A DNA stretch of 64,000 nucleotides from the human T2T-CHM13v2.0 reference genome, Homo sapiens. Each line of letters starts with the position of its first letter. Within the stretch, counting starts at the first letter, position 1. The translations under genes and the position numbers were made by a program. The notes beneath the pieces are model-generated. The model had not been told where the DNA came from, made no database searches, and saw only the letters and a list, made by a program, of their open reading frames with translations. Positions 62,513 through 64,000 of the stretch are shown here, piece by piece. Location of the stretch: the NCBI RefSeq assembly GCF_009914755.1, contig NC_060942.1. One strand, 5' to 3'.

Positions 62513-64000
62513 AGATGTAGGTAACATGGAAGTGGTGGCCATTTAATCATCCCTAAATTTAAAAGCTATTTTACCTCTTTACCATACCGTCCTCAAAGTT
62601 AAGTCTTACAATAAAAAGCTAACTTGCCTCTTCAGAAAAAGTAACCTCCACATTACTAGCACGCTCCTACATTTAGGTAGGTAAAGCTGCAGCAATGCCT
62701 TGGAGATTTACCAGAAGACACTGGAATAATATCATCTGACAGACATAGCCAATTAAAGTGAAATGCCTTTACAAATCCTTATATCCAAACCAAGATACTA
62801 TATCTTTATGACACAGGGGCTAACTACAAGAAATCTCATCATTTGGAGCTTTTGACTTGGATTATTATAACTCCCTGATAGTAAATACACATGAATTTTT
62901 TAAAACCACATTGCACTATACAGATGATTATCTTTTGTGACAAAAGAAAAATCACAATATTTTGCAAGAACAGTGTCAACTAATATAAATTTCCAAATAG
63001 TTAACAAGAAAATAAAACATTAAATGAAAGTTCACATTCTTTTATTTTATCTCCTTCTACAACTAGGATAATAAGGCGAGTTTTAACAAAAAATATTCTT
63101 TCAGTTTAAATTTTGCAACAAAATGTATGACACTTGGTTATAAAAACTATAGTATATTAAAATTTAGAATTTTCAAAATTACTAAAATTCAGTGCATTTT
63201 TTTTAAAAACAAATTCGAAACTGACACATACATATTTATTTCTGACATTCCTTTTTTCCTATCATTCTATGACAGGAAAAATTATCTGGATGTTAATTTT
63301 TTAGAACTCCTCTAAAAAATTAACATCCAGATTATTCCTACTTGAAATTCATCATATACCAAAATGATCATATACATCAATAACTCAATTTACACCAAAT
63401 ATTTTCCTATCTGCAAAAATTTTTATTTCCAATAATTATTTAAAATCTGCCTCAAGAAAGATATCAAATCGTATTCCACCATTTTAAATTTCGGGGTATA
63501 ATAACTATCCCAAATACAGTGATCTTAGTTTCTTGACCTATTTATCTCAATGATACTCACCTGCCCTATAACTGAGGACCCCTTCTCTTTTCACTTGTTC
63601 TACCTCTAAAATCATAAATGTAGGTTTCTAATCTTCTTACTCAACTTGAAATATGGTCCTTCTTTGACCTCCAGTCCATAAACCCTTCTACTTTCTTCCC
63701 TGTAGTCTTTACAGCCTTTGGTTCTACAGTCAACATGTCATTTCAACTACTCAGCTCACTTGCACCACAGGCATTCCCTCCTCCCCGACAGCAATGAAAT
63801 AACTCAACCCTTGATTGATCGCAAGGTTCACATTCCCAGAAACCACACCAGCTAGCCAAAGATAAACATGCAAAGTAGAAGAGTCTCCCTATTAAGATTA
63901 TAGACACAATTGACTAAGCTCTTCATGCAGCCCAAAAATGCTACTATTTGATATTATCAAATATCTACTCATATTAGTCATTTCACACATTCAACATCTC

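Overview
Primate, almost certainly human, AT-rich genomic DNA from the middle of the RTTN (rotatin) gene on the minus strand. I traced 15 consecutive coding exons by hand between 59778 and 1731. All have GT-AG boundaries and consistent phases, and they translate into one open frame (ECLGVHNV...MAQAGSL). Codon positions match recalled RTTN landmarks (His865, Leu932, Lys1064), which places them as exons 15-29 (c.1930-4032). The rest is intronic and dominated by transposable elements: a full-length L1PA with a nested 5'-truncated SVA, two other large L1PA pieces, older L1M fragments, about 10 Alus, MaLR LTRs, DNA-transposon fossils, MIR and L2. Nearly all ORFs in the supplied track are L1/Alu/SVA remnants or chance ORFs. 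I see no clear evidence of a wholly new biological system. The best leads are: (1) an intact, C-terminally extended L1 ORF0; (2) two head-to-head L1 5'UTRs flanking exon 28, with a strong donor that could make an L1-RTTN chimeric transcript; (3) a latent pseudoexon one CpG transition from activation; (4) several unusual retrotransposition scars. Exon numbers, repeat subfamily names and variant identities come from recall and need database confirmation.
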